64,000 nt of DNA from contig JAYTSD010000001.1 in NCBI GenBank assembly GCA_043745805.1, positions 67,680 through 131,679 on the forward strand. Reading direction: 5' to 3'. The first letter of the stretch is position 1. Each line of letters starts with the position of its first letter. A program made the translations under genes and the position numbers. Shown here one piece after another: positions 38,229 through 47,269 of the stretch. This stretch comes from Fibrobacteria bacterium. Its GTDB lineage: Bacteria > Fibrobacterota > Fibrobacteria > UBA11236. The notes under the pieces were generated by a model, which did no database searches, was not told the DNA's origin, and saw nothing but the letters and a program-made list of their open reading frames with translations.

Positions 38229-38601
38229 TATGATTAGTTGCAGTACGACTCAAGTAATCATAGCTTAAAGACAAAATAACGGAAAAATAAAAGCCTCTTC
38301 ATAGTTGAGGTAAAAAAAAGGGGTGGATAAAAATGAGCAATAAATCCAACGTATTGTTATAAGTCTCGTACTCAGTGTGTGTTAGCAAAATGACTAAAAT
38401 TAACCAAAATTGAAATTTATCCACCCGTTCATTACTAATAATAAGTAATGAAAATTGCTTAATAAATTCAATGCAAGGGTCGACTACCTATTTAACAACA
38501 AATAATAAACTTGTTAAACAAATAAAAGAGGGAGAAGTGGTTTTAAAAGGGCGTCCCTGCCCCATGAAAGAATACAAATAATTAATAATGAATTTTATTA
38601 T

Positions 38602-39213
38602 TTATCCATTATTCGAAGCGAGCGTACTTCCTTGTGCCCAAGCTTCTAATCCCGACGCCACCAATGAATTCACTTGACTAAAAAAATCTTGTGCTTTTCC
38701 ATTGGCAGAGTTTTTCTCGGCGGCATTTTTGCTTCCTTGCATATGATGTAAACGATTTTTCATTTCATCTACAAAATCTGCTTGGGATCCTTCGCCGGTT
38801 TTTGCATACTCGTCTTGCATACGTTTGAGAATATGATCTGCTACATGTTGGGGATTATGACCATGTGGCCTTTTTTCAGGTTCTGGTACAGACTCTAGTT
38901 TAACATTTGACTCTATTAAAGAACCATCTTGCCCTTCATTTTCACTGCCCAATTTTTCGAGTAGTGATTTTATCATTTTAAGTGGATTTTCATTTTCTTT
39001 CGCAACCACATCCGTAACTTGTAAGGTAATGGCTTGAATACTTAAGGAGAGCGTATCTCCATCCTTGTTGGTTAAACCACTAGGATTAAATGAAAAAGAT
39101 TTGGCTTTTGCCCCATCATTTCCTTTATCAGGAGGAGAAGTTTTGATACCTGGACTAGACCCCTGATAGGCTTGTATTTTTACATACGTCGCACTATATG
39201 AATTTATTTCCAT
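38602..39213 (-). CDS. hypothetical protein
   Basis: 203-aa ORF rich in S/G/N/Q, with no TM segment or motif. Separated from cheA by a 585-bp AT-rich spacer. Confidence 0.4.
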   Translation of the reverse strand: MEINSYSATYVKIQAYQGSSPGIKTSPPDKGNDGAKAKSFSFNPSGLTNKDGDTLSLSIQAITLQVTDVVAKENENPLKMIKSLLEKLGSENEGQDGSLIESNVKLESVPEPEKRPHGHNPQHVADHILKRMQDEYAKTGEGSQADFVDEMKNRLHHMQGSKNAAEKNSANGKAQDFFSQVNSLVASGLEAWAQGSTLASNNG

Positions 39214-39496
39214 AAATTTCTTTCTGGAAAAAGTGAAAACAACTTCATCGTAATTGATAAGGTTGCTATTACATATTAAAAGCTGGAAGAGGGTTTTACC
39301 AAGAAAGTTGAGATAATAGATTAATTTTTATTTTCACTTAGAAAAATAATTTGCACATTAATTTTTACTTTAACATTTGCTTTTAGCTTTGCCTTAATTT
39401 TCTCGTTACAATCTGTTACAAAGGAGATATAGTCGATTAATATCCATTCTATATCTTCTTCCTTGTGAACAAAAACACACTCACAAAGGAAAGAAT

Positions 39497-39943
39497 ATGT
39501 GGAAAAGAAAATTTTTAAAATTCATTTTGCCAGTCGCAGCTATTGGATTAGGAGCCGCTCTTTTTACCGGCTGCCATGGTTCACATTGCTGTGCTAAATC
39601 TCCCAAGGGAAAGGCGGATTGGGTAGTTAAAAAACTTTCCAATGAATTGGATTTAGATGCCGGTCAAAAAGCGAAGTTGGAATTGATCAAGATTGATTTA
39701 TTAACACATCGCCCCGATTTCATGGCTTGGCATGATAGTTTGGGTAGTGATTTAATCAATCAAATTCGCAGTGAAAAAATGGACAAGGAGAAAATGAATA
39801 GCATCTTATCTGAAAAAGAAGATAAGCTTAAAGAATTTCGTAGCCTATTAGTAGATAAATTAATCGAGTTTCATGCTATTTTGACACCCGTACAAAGGGA
39901 AAAATTAGCTGCTAAAATTGCAGAAATGAAACGTTGTAATTAA
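39497..39943 (+). CDS. Spy/CpxP-family periplasmic protein (LTxxQ motif)
   Basis: 148 aa with a signal peptide/lipobox (FTGC), is all-helical, and carries an LTPVQ motif. Adjacent to an OmpR/EnvZ-type two-component system. Confidence 0.6.
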   Translation: MWKRKFLKFILPVAAIGLGAALFTGCHGSHCCAKSPKGKADWVVKKLSNELDLDAGQKAKLELIKIDLLTHRPDFMAWHDSLGSDLINQIRSEKMDKEKMNSILSEKEDKLKEFRSLLVDKLIEFHAILTPVQREKLAAKIAEMKRCN

Positions 39944-40036
39944 AACCCTCTGCGCTCTAGGATTTTAGTCCGGCTACGGGTAATGATAATCACAGTCGGG
40001 TCGAAAACTAGGGCGTAGTTTTATAGCTTTTAAATT

Positions 40037-40738
40037 ATGCATGAACAAATTCTTATAATCGATGATGATCGAAAGCTATGCAAGCTTTTAGAAAGCTATT
40101 TAAGTCAACATAATTATAAAGTAATGATGGCTCATGATGGCGAAGATGGATTACGTGCGATTAAAAGACAAGTTCCCGATTTAGTGATTTTGGATGTGAT
40201 GTTACCTGGAAAAGATGGCTTTCAAATTTGTAGAGAAATTCGTTCTGATTATAAATTCCCCATTATTATGTTAACGGCAAGGGGGGAGGTAACCGATAGA
40301 ATCGTTGGCCTTGAATTAGGTGCTGATGATTATTTACCCAAACCATTTGAACCAAGGGAATTAATAGCGCGCATGCAAGCGGTATTGCGTCGGGGAACGG
40401 AGAAAAATAAAAAGGAAATTCAAATCTTTGGTAAATTGAAAATCGATTTTTCCAAAAGAAGCGTAACCTTGGATGCCAAAAATTTGGAATTAACCGCTAC
40501 GGAATTCGATATCCTTTCTGTTTTTGCCAAATATCCTGGCAAGGCTTTAAATCGCGATCAAATTTTGGAAAAATTAAAAGGTTTGGAATGGGAACCTATG
40601 AACCGTTCTATTGATGTTTTGATGAGTCGCTTGCGACAAAAACTCGGAGACGATCCCAAACAGCCCACCTACTTTAAAACCTTATGGGGCGCAGGCTATA
40701 TGTTTATTGGCGAGGAGGGTGCAGATGAGCATGAATAG
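40037..40738 (+). CDS. OmpR-family DNA-binding response regulator
   Basis: REC (ILIIDDDRKL...DVMLPGKDG) plus a winged-helix trans_reg_C domain (LTATEFDIL...GAGYMF). Confidence 0.85.
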   Translation: MHEQILIIDDDRKLCKLLESYLSQHNYKVMMAHDGEDGLRAIKRQVPDLVILDVMLPGKDGFQICREIRSDYKFPIIMLTARGEVTDRIVGLELGADDYLPKPFEPRELIARMQAVLRRGTEKNKKEIQIFGKLKIDFSKRSVTLDAKNLELTATEFDILSVFAKYPGKALNRDQILEKLKGLEWEPMNRSIDVLMSRLRQKLGDDPKQPTYFKTLWGAGYMFIGEEGADEHE

Positions 40739-42080
40739 AAATAATTCATCCACGAAGTGGAATCGACCATGGAATCGACGATCTTTACATTTTAAACTTT
40801 TAAGCCTTTTGTTACTAGCAGGTATTGTTGTAGATTTAACGGTAGGCGCATTTTATCATTTTTCTGGAAAAAATTCACAGCAAATTTTAGCGCGCAATCT
40901 TGAAAATTATGCAGAATATTTAATAAAAGATCTAGGTAACCCACTTGATACCTTAAGAGCCATTCAAATTTTAAGCCCTTTGGGTTTAGATTTGCGTTAT
41001 CAAGGAAAAGATTTTTCATGGGCGACCAAACCCAATCTTCCCGATCCCATGATTTTTAAAGGGCATCATTTAGATTGTCCTGCTAATTCTTTAAGTTGCA
41101 ATGCTATTCCTTTGGGTTGGAAGCATGGTCGATTTATGTTATTAATCAAAAATTCAAGTGGATATTTTCTTTTCGCAACTACCGCTCGGCGCTTTGGCCC
41201 TGGCGGTTTTCCACTGATGATGCTACTGTGTTTTTTAACTATCCTCTTTGCGATTGCTTTTTTTCGCATGCGTCGTATGTTAAAACCCATTGCCGCGCTT
41301 AATGAGGGCGTACAACAAATTGGCAGCGGAAATTTATCCCATCGCATCACAGTTTGCGGACATGATGAATTTGCGGGTTTGGCAAAAGCATTTAATGGCA
41401 TGGCCGAAAGATTACAGGAAATTATTCGCTCCAAAGAGCAATTGCTGTTAGATGTCAGTCATGAAATGCGTAGTCCTTTAACGCGCGCTAAGGTAGCCTT
41501 AGAGTTACCTATGGTTGAGAGTAATAAAGAAAGTATACGCGAAGACTTAGATGAAATGGAAAAAATGTTGGCCGAAATTTTGGAAGGCGAACGCTTAAGT
41601 AGTGCCAATGGAGGATTGAAAAAAAGTGATTGCGATTTCACGGAGATGGCTCAAGAAATTGTAACCAAGATTTGTAATCAAGCTCCTGGTATTATTTGGA
41701 AAGGATCACAAATTCCGCATACCCTTTTTGCAGATGGGGAAAGGATAAAAGTTGTAATACGGAATGTGCTGGAAAATGCTTTGAAGTATTCCAAGGAAGG
41801 CAACCGTCCCGTGGAAATTTATTTTCAAGAATCGGCGGAAAAAACCAGCTTTAATTTATGCATTCGTGATTTTGGACAGGGCATACCCACTCAAGATTTA
41901 GAGAAAATCTTTGAACCTTTTTATCGAGTAGATCGATCGAGAAGTAAAGATACCGGCGGATTTGGATTGGGCTTAAGTTTATGTCAAAAAATCATATTAG
42001 CGCATGGTGGGGATATTTTGATGGAGAGCATTGTGGGACAGGGCAGCACCGTAACTATCCGATTACCGATGCCTATTTAA
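40707..42080 (+). CDS. sensor histidine kinase (EnvZ/CpxA-like)
   Basis: Two TM helices, HAMP, H-box VSHEMRSPLT, N box (NALKYS), G boxes (RDFGQGIP, GGFGLGLS). Overlaps the regulator gene. Confidence 0.8.
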   Translation: MARRVQMSMNRNNSSTKWNRPWNRRSLHFKLLSLLLLAGIVVDLTVGAFYHFSGKNSQQILARNLENYAEYLIKDLGNPLDTLRAIQILSPLGLDLRYQGKDFSWATKPNLPDPMIFKGHHLDCPANSLSCNAIPLGWKHGRFMLLIKNSSGYFLFATTARRFGPGGFPLMMLLCFLTILFAIAFFRMRRMLKPIAALNEGVQQIGSGNLSHRITVCGHDEFAGLAKAFNGMAERLQEIIRSKEQLLLDVSHEMRSPLTRAKVALELPMVESNKESIREDLDEMEKMLAEILEGERLSSANGGLKKSDCDFTEMAQEIVTKICNQAPGIIWKGSQIPHTLFADGERIKVVIRNVLENALKYSKEGNRPVEIYFQESAEKTSFNLCIRDFGQGIPTQDLEKIFEPFYRVDRSRSKDTGGFGLGLSLCQKIILAHGGDILMESIVGQGSTVTIRLPMPI

Positions 42081-42207
42081 AAAACATACTCCGTGGACGG
42101 AAAAGCGGTTTACTGAATATTATTATTTTCCTAATTAATAGCGATCGTACGGATTTGGGATTTCCACTTTTGCACTTTGTATTACCAATTTTGTTAGGAA
42201 GAATATT

Positions 42208-42777
42208 ATGGGAGTTTTAAAATTTCTGCTATTTTCCTTTTGCGTATCTATCTGCGGCATATATGTTGTTTTGCATTTCACTTATACCTTGAAAATAAAG
42301 CCTTTATTGGATACTGCCTATAGTCAAGTACATATTTGTAATAATGTAGGTTTTGAAATCTGCCAGCATTATGGTTTGGATGATAAAAAAAAACTTGAAA
42401 AACGCACGCAAGAATTTTTTGACCAATTAGGCAGTAATGATTCCAGCTGGATTCAGTATAATGATTCTCTAGTCAATCTCTTCCAAAGTAAAGCCGTACA
42501 AATGTTTATTGATAGACATGATTTCGCCTATCATGCTTATGATACCTTTTTGAAAATGGGTGATTTTTCTCCCAAATTTATTAATCCCATGGGCAGTGTG
42601 AGGCATTTTCTCTACGCTATTTTTATTGTGAAATACTTCCCTTTGAGCCCCAATTCCGAAATCATCTATTCCTCGCAAAACAACTATTTAGGATTTCGTA
42701 TTTTTCTACCCGAAGGCAAAATAATCAGCAGCTTTATTTATAATAATAAAGAACTGCGCGCTATGTTCGGAGCCTAA
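42208..42777 (+). CDS. hypothetical membrane protein (AT-rich gene)
   Basis: 189 aa with an N-terminal TM helix. No motif. Marks the start of an AT-rich accessory patch. Confidence 0.4.
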   Translation: MGVLKFLLFSFCVSICGIYVVLHFTYTLKIKPLLDTAYSQVHICNNVGFEICQHYGLDDKKKLEKRTQEFFDQLGSNDSSWIQYNDSLVNLFQSKAVQMFIDRHDFAYHAYDTFLKMGDFSPKFINPMGSVRHFLYAIFIVKYFPLSPNSEIIYSSQNNYLGFRIFLPEGKIISSFIYNNKELRAMFGA

Positions 42778-42945
42778 ACCTCAAACCCCATCTTAAAGCA
42801 TATTTTTTTACCTTTAGTTTTTAAGCTTGGAATTGAATTCTAGATCACGGTTCTTTATGTCAATCTTTATGTGATAGCGGTCACAGACCGGCATCCTTTT
42901 TAAAAATATGTTTTAGCATAATAATTTTTGTTTTGGGGTTATAAA

Positions 42946-43326
42946 ATGAGCGCTACAAATTCCAATGGGCCTTCCGAAAAGCCTCCAGAAAAACATCTTA
43001 TGCCTTCGGGCAAAAACCGAGAAATTGTAGTTCGCGATCCAGTTTTATATTTGCGCTATCTCTATCATGACAATCATCCCGTAGTCAATGCCCCCTTTGA
43101 AGTAGAAATGGAAAATGGGAATATCTTTAAAGGGACTTTGGATGAAAACGGGGAAGTAAAAATTATCAATTTACCCTCCAAGCCCCTTAAGGTAAGGTAT
43201 GGAGCGGATACACGCCCTTATCAATGCGCAGATACAACACCCAATCCCGATTATAAAGAAAAATTTTCCGACGCGGATATGGAAGCGCTTGTGAAAAAGG
43301 CCATGGCCGATAATGGGTTGAAATAA
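42946..43326 (+). CDS. hypothetical protein, first gene of 4-gene operon
   Basis: The ORF track starts at TTG 42928; the ATG at 42946 (MSATNSNG...) is preceded by GGGG. No signal peptide and no motif. Ends 2 bp before the next gene. Confidence 0.45.
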   Translation: MSATNSNGPSEKPPEKHLMPSGKNREIVVRDPVLYLRYLYHDNHPVVNAPFEVEMENGNIFKGTLDENGEVKIINLPSKPLKVRYGADTRPYQCADTTPNPDYKEKFSDADMEALVKKAMADNGLK

Positions 43327-43328
43327 TT

Positions 43329-44747
43329 ATGGCTGATGCAGAGAAAAAAGGAATAGTGATGGAATCGCTTTCGTGGGTATGTGGAACCCTCGAAGGCAGC
43401 TTCAATGAAAAGCAAGCGGTTAGCCAAATATTAGTTGATGCGGTAATCGGCATGATACCTGTGGTAGGTGATGTTACTGCGGTGCGGGATATTATTGCGA
43501 TCGTTATTCGATTAGTGGACAATCCCAAAAAGCGCGAAGAGAAAATGGAATGGGTTGGTTTGGTCCTGATGATATTGGCCTTGATTCCCATGCTTGGGGG
43601 TGCGCTTAAAGGTGTGGGGCGACTACTCATTCGTGCGGGAGAAGATGCTGCTAAAGAAAGTGTCAAAATTGCGGAGCTGATTGCTTGCTTGAATCGCTTA
43701 GGTGTGGGTGATGCGCGTAAGTGGATTAAAGAATTGGATTTTGAAAAACATGCACCTGAGCTAATTAAACATTGGCATAGTTTGGTCGAAGTTTTAGTTG
43801 GTGTTTTGGGTAAAGCGCAAGGATATATGCGCCATTTACTTCCTGAATCTTTGTTGAAACGTATTGAACAATTAAAATCGGGAATAGAAAAGGTTTCCTC
43901 CGAGATGGAAAAGCGTATTCCTGAATCATTAAAAGAATTGCAAGCCCGTTTGAAAAAAATGCAGCATCAATTGTATGAAGGGAAATGGGAGGAAATTCCT
44001 GGATCCTTGAAGAGCACCGCGCGTGAGGCGGAGGCGCGGATGGTGGAGGAGATAGAACTTATTACCAAGAAACCACCGTTTCCGAAGAATGGGAAGAGTA
44101 TTTATGAGCACGAAGACGGGTTTCCAAATATTTTACAAATGAAAAATGAAAAAGGAAAAGATATAAGTTTAGACATTATCGAAGCTTTTAGTGGAAAAAT
44201 GGTTCCTAAAACAATCAAGCATGTACATGGCAAAGATCCAAAAAAAATATTTCGAATTATCGAAGATCCAAAAAAAGCAACAGGCTGTTGGTGGACCGAA
44301 ACTTTACCTACATCCGGCCAAGAATGGCGTGAGGAGTTTGCTGTACTAGATAATTGGAATAAAAACAAATATTATGTGGAATTTGTTCTGCCTGAAGGAG
44401 CGGAGCTTTTGGTTTGGGAGGGGAAAGTGTCGAGTCAAGTTGACAATGTAAAACTTATTGACAAGAAGCCAAATCCTAAACTTGGGCAGGCTTTGAAAGG
44501 AGGCGAGACTCAAATATTTGTCGATTTTAGATTTCCCCGAAACAAGTACATACTAGATGACGTTCTTCAGAAAGATCCAAATATGCTTAAACTACGGGAA
44601 ACAAATTGGGTGAATTATATGGATATAAATAATCCTAATAAAATAACTGTTCCTAAGCTGTTGAATCCAAATGAGATTGCCTCTAAAGCTTCAAAAGTAT
44701 CTACAGTAGTAAATGTAAAAGGAGCAGCAAGTAATGACCGATGGTAA
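43329..44747 (+). CDS. membrane-anchored hypothetical protein (N-terminal IPxxGD helices, coiled coil, C-terminal beta-rich domain)
   Basis: 472 aa. Two hydrophobic helices (VDAVIGMIPVVGDVTAVRDIIAIV ; WVGLVLMILALIPMLGGAL), a central K/E-rich coiled coil and a C-terminal ~200-aa domain (GCWWTETLP...GGETQIFVD). No signal peptide. Confidence 0.5.
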   Translation: MADAEKKGIVMESLSWVCGTLEGSFNEKQAVSQILVDAVIGMIPVVGDVTAVRDIIAIVIRLVDNPKKREEKMEWVGLVLMILALIPMLGGALKGVGRLLIRAGEDAAKESVKIAELIACLNRLGVGDARKWIKELDFEKHAPELIKHWHSLVEVLVGVLGKAQGYMRHLLPESLLKRIEQLKSGIEKVSSEMEKRIPESLKELQARLKKMQHQLYEGKWEEIPGSLKSTAREAEARMVEEIELITKKPPFPKNGKSIYEHEDGFPNILQMKNEKGKDISLDIIEAFSGKMVPKTIKHVHGKDPKKIFRIIEDPKKATGCWWTETLPTSGQEWREEFAVLDNWNKNKYYVEFVLPEGAELLVWEGKVSSQVDNVKLIDKKPNPKLGQALKGGETQIFVDFRFPRNKYILDDVLQKDPNMLKLRETNWVNYMDINNPNKITVPKLLNPNEIASKASKVSTVVNVKGAASNDRW

Positions 44748-45645
44748 ACCAATAGTAACAGAAAAATACACAAAAGATTATTTGTATCGATATACAACCT
44801 TTGCAGATGGTTATTTAAAGCCTACTCAAGACGAATTAGCTAAAATATTTTGGATACTTTGCCGTGACACTTCCGTTACCTACATAGAGCGAATGTTAAA
44901 GATGTTGGAAGCCTTTAATCCTGGGTTCGAATCCTATTTAAAAAAAGTTAATGATACCGAGAGTAGCTGGTTCGATTTTATGCAAAACAACTATTATGCT
45001 ATTAGTGGAATAAAAGATGGATTAGCGAAGCTTAAAATTGGTGATACTAGTGGTTATGAAGAAATAAAAAATTCATTAACATTTGTTGATCCTTTTGTAG
45101 GAATGCGCGGTATGGATTGGGATTATTCAAGGCTAGGGCAACGTGAAGGCGACGCATCAATAGGGCTATGGGTTTGGATGGATCATCTCTCCACATTAGC
45201 AGATAACACAAAAACTACATTGGAAAGTAAATATTGGTTTCCTGAATTTGATGTTTCAAAATTTTTAATTCCGGAAGATATAGGAGCATTTCCATTACGC
45301 ACTGGTATTTTTGTTCAAACGGGCGACAGTATTCCTGTTACAGGTGTCTGGATGCCTAAAAATTTAAAAAGCGGTTGCCCTAATTTTTTTGTTCAGGGGC
45401 AGGAGGTGCCAGCCGCCAAAATTGCATCAAAAAAAATCGAAGCTTTTGTGCTTGATAGCAACAGGAAGGCTACAGAAGAAATTTTAGATATGTATTATGA
45501 GAGCATCGAAGTTCCCGCAATATGGGAACTTCATTGGAAAGATGATCGTTATATCAATGGCAAAATTCCATTAGAAGAGCAAGAATATTTGTTGGACAAG
45601 GACACCCAAATTCCGACTGAACCACCTGTAGCGCCGGGCTCGTAA
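44734..45645 (+). CDS. hypothetical protein (overlaps upstream gene by 14 bp)
   Basis: 303 aa, W/Y-rich and cytoplasmic-looking, with no motif. Overlap with the upstream gene suggests translational coupling. Confidence 0.5.
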   Translation: MTDGKPIVTEKYTKDYLYRYTTFADGYLKPTQDELAKIFWILCRDTSVTYIERMLKMLEAFNPGFESYLKKVNDTESSWFDFMQNNYYAISGIKDGLAKLKIGDTSGYEEIKNSLTFVDPFVGMRGMDWDYSRLGQREGDASIGLWVWMDHLSTLADNTKTTLESKYWFPEFDVSKFLIPEDIGAFPLRTGIFVQTGDSIPVTGVWMPKNLKSGCPNFFVQGQEVPAAKIASKKIEAFVLDSNRKATEEILDMYYESIEVPAIWELHWKDDRYINGKIPLEEQEYLLDKDTQIPTEPPVAPGS

Positions 45646-45651
45646 TTATTA

Positions 45652-46953
45652 ATGCTAAACTTTTTAAAAAAAATATTTGCACCCCCTAAAAGAGATCCCC
45701 GTTTCCCAAGGCCAAGTGCTAATGGCAAAATTACTATTGATGGTGGAACGATAACTTATAAATCAAAAGATAATTATCGCAATGGAACGGTGATTCTGGA
45801 TCAAGTTAAATATGTTTATATAATTTTTAGCCCAAACGATAATTCAGCAAATGGAACGAGTATTCATTTGCGTTCAGATACGCAATACTGGCTTCCCGCT
45901 GATGCATCTGGATTTCAAGAAGCATATCAATTTTGTGCACAAAAATTTGGTTTTGATGAAACAATATTTTTTGCAACATTGAACTCCGATAAAGAAATGA
46001 AAACTGAACTTTGGAGAGCACCTCATCCTACAAATTTTGAAATAATTACCACTCCAAATCCAAACGACATAGTTCATGGTTTTGAAATATTAAGCCCAGG
46101 AAAAGAATTTATTACTTGGGATGCAACATTTGATTCTCTTTCAAGTAATAAAAATATTAGTGTAAAAGATGATAAGCTAGGTTATGAAAAAGTTGAATTT
46201 AAATTTCCAGTGCGACTTGGAAATATTGTAACCTCGGAATTTGCAATATCTTTTTATAGTGAAGTATCCTCAACCCCTTTAAATAGTGGCCATGCAACAT
46301 TTTTCTTGGAAAATGAACGTCAAAAAGGTTTCGCATTACTTAGAAATGCTTTTGAAGAAATGTTTGGACCTGAATCTGAAGAGGAGAGGGCTGATCATGA
46401 ATATCATTTATCTTCACGACGAGAAGTATCAGGCATTGTTTTTTCGATAACCTATTGGAAAGATTGCGAAAACGGTTTTGATTCCGCCTCAACAAGTTTT
46501 TCTATTGATAATGAGCGAGAGTATTCTCATCTAATTGAAAATGAAGATTATGAAAATAAAATGTCATCAGATATTTTATTAGTAATACCATTCGAAGCAT
46601 GGATACCTACTAGTTCTCGGAGTTTGAAATATGTAAAGACTACTCCACAATCTATTCAAAAAGAATATTTAGGTAAAACGGTGATATGGTTTGATAAGAC
46701 TAATAATACCATTGGATTTGCAGTTAATGAATACAGCGTTATTTTCGATAAGTCCTTAATCCAAAAAGTAGAGTTAGGAAATACTCTTCCCGCAAAAGGT
46801 TCTGGCTATTCCAGATTTTGCATTGAACTGGGACGTGGATATGTGGACCAAATCTTAGGTGCAGGCTGCAATGATCTAGACCCCTACCTAAGCGACTTAG
46901 AAAAAATTTTGGGAATGAAAATTGAAATTTTACCAGAAGATCATGACTGTTGA
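45652..46953 (+). CDS. hypothetical protein
   Basis: 433 aa with no signal peptide and no motif. Sits 6 bp after the previous gene. Confidence 0.5.
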   Translation: MLNFLKKIFAPPKRDPRFPRPSANGKITIDGGTITYKSKDNYRNGTVILDQVKYVYIIFSPNDNSANGTSIHLRSDTQYWLPADASGFQEAYQFCAQKFGFDETIFFATLNSDKEMKTELWRAPHPTNFEIITTPNPNDIVHGFEILSPGKEFITWDATFDSLSSNKNISVKDDKLGYEKVEFKFPVRLGNIVTSEFAISFYSEVSSTPLNSGHATFFLENERQKGFALLRNAFEEMFGPESEEERADHEYHLSSRREVSGIVFSITYWKDCENGFDSASTSFSIDNEREYSHLIENEDYENKMSSDILLVIPFEAWIPTSSRSLKYVKTTPQSIQKEYLGKTVIWFDKTNNTIGFAVNEYSVIFDKSLIQKVELGNTLPAKGSGYSRFCIELGRGYVDQILGAGCNDLDPYLSDLEKILGMKIEILPEDHDC

Positions 46954-47269
46954 AAAGTGAAAAGCTTTTAAAGTAACAGTCATCGCATAATTCAGGCATC
47001 AAGCCTTTGTTAAGGTGGACCAAACACGAGTTCCACACTGATTTAAACGATACCGCATTATCCTAAGCAGGCCTTTATAATTTCAAAAAATGTGCGATTT
47101 CAGCCTATTTAATGGGTTTGAGTACGAAAATGCTCATGTTTAATTGCTTTGGTTGCAGAGTTAAAGCAGCCTAATTTTCATTTTCGCATTACCTTTAAGC
47201 AATATTTGTTGGGGGAGGTAAGGAGGCTTACCTATTTTGGCCTCGAATTACATTAGGAAAGGGTAAGCA

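Noticed and set aside
42928-42945. TTG start proposed by the ORF track for the first gene of the four-gene operon (similar TTG starts at 140, 16990, 63921)
   Set aside because: For 42928 an in-frame ATG 18 bp downstream with a G-rich upstream stretch is the more likely start. For mnmA and rapA the TTG starts were kept because the N-termini align with known family starts.
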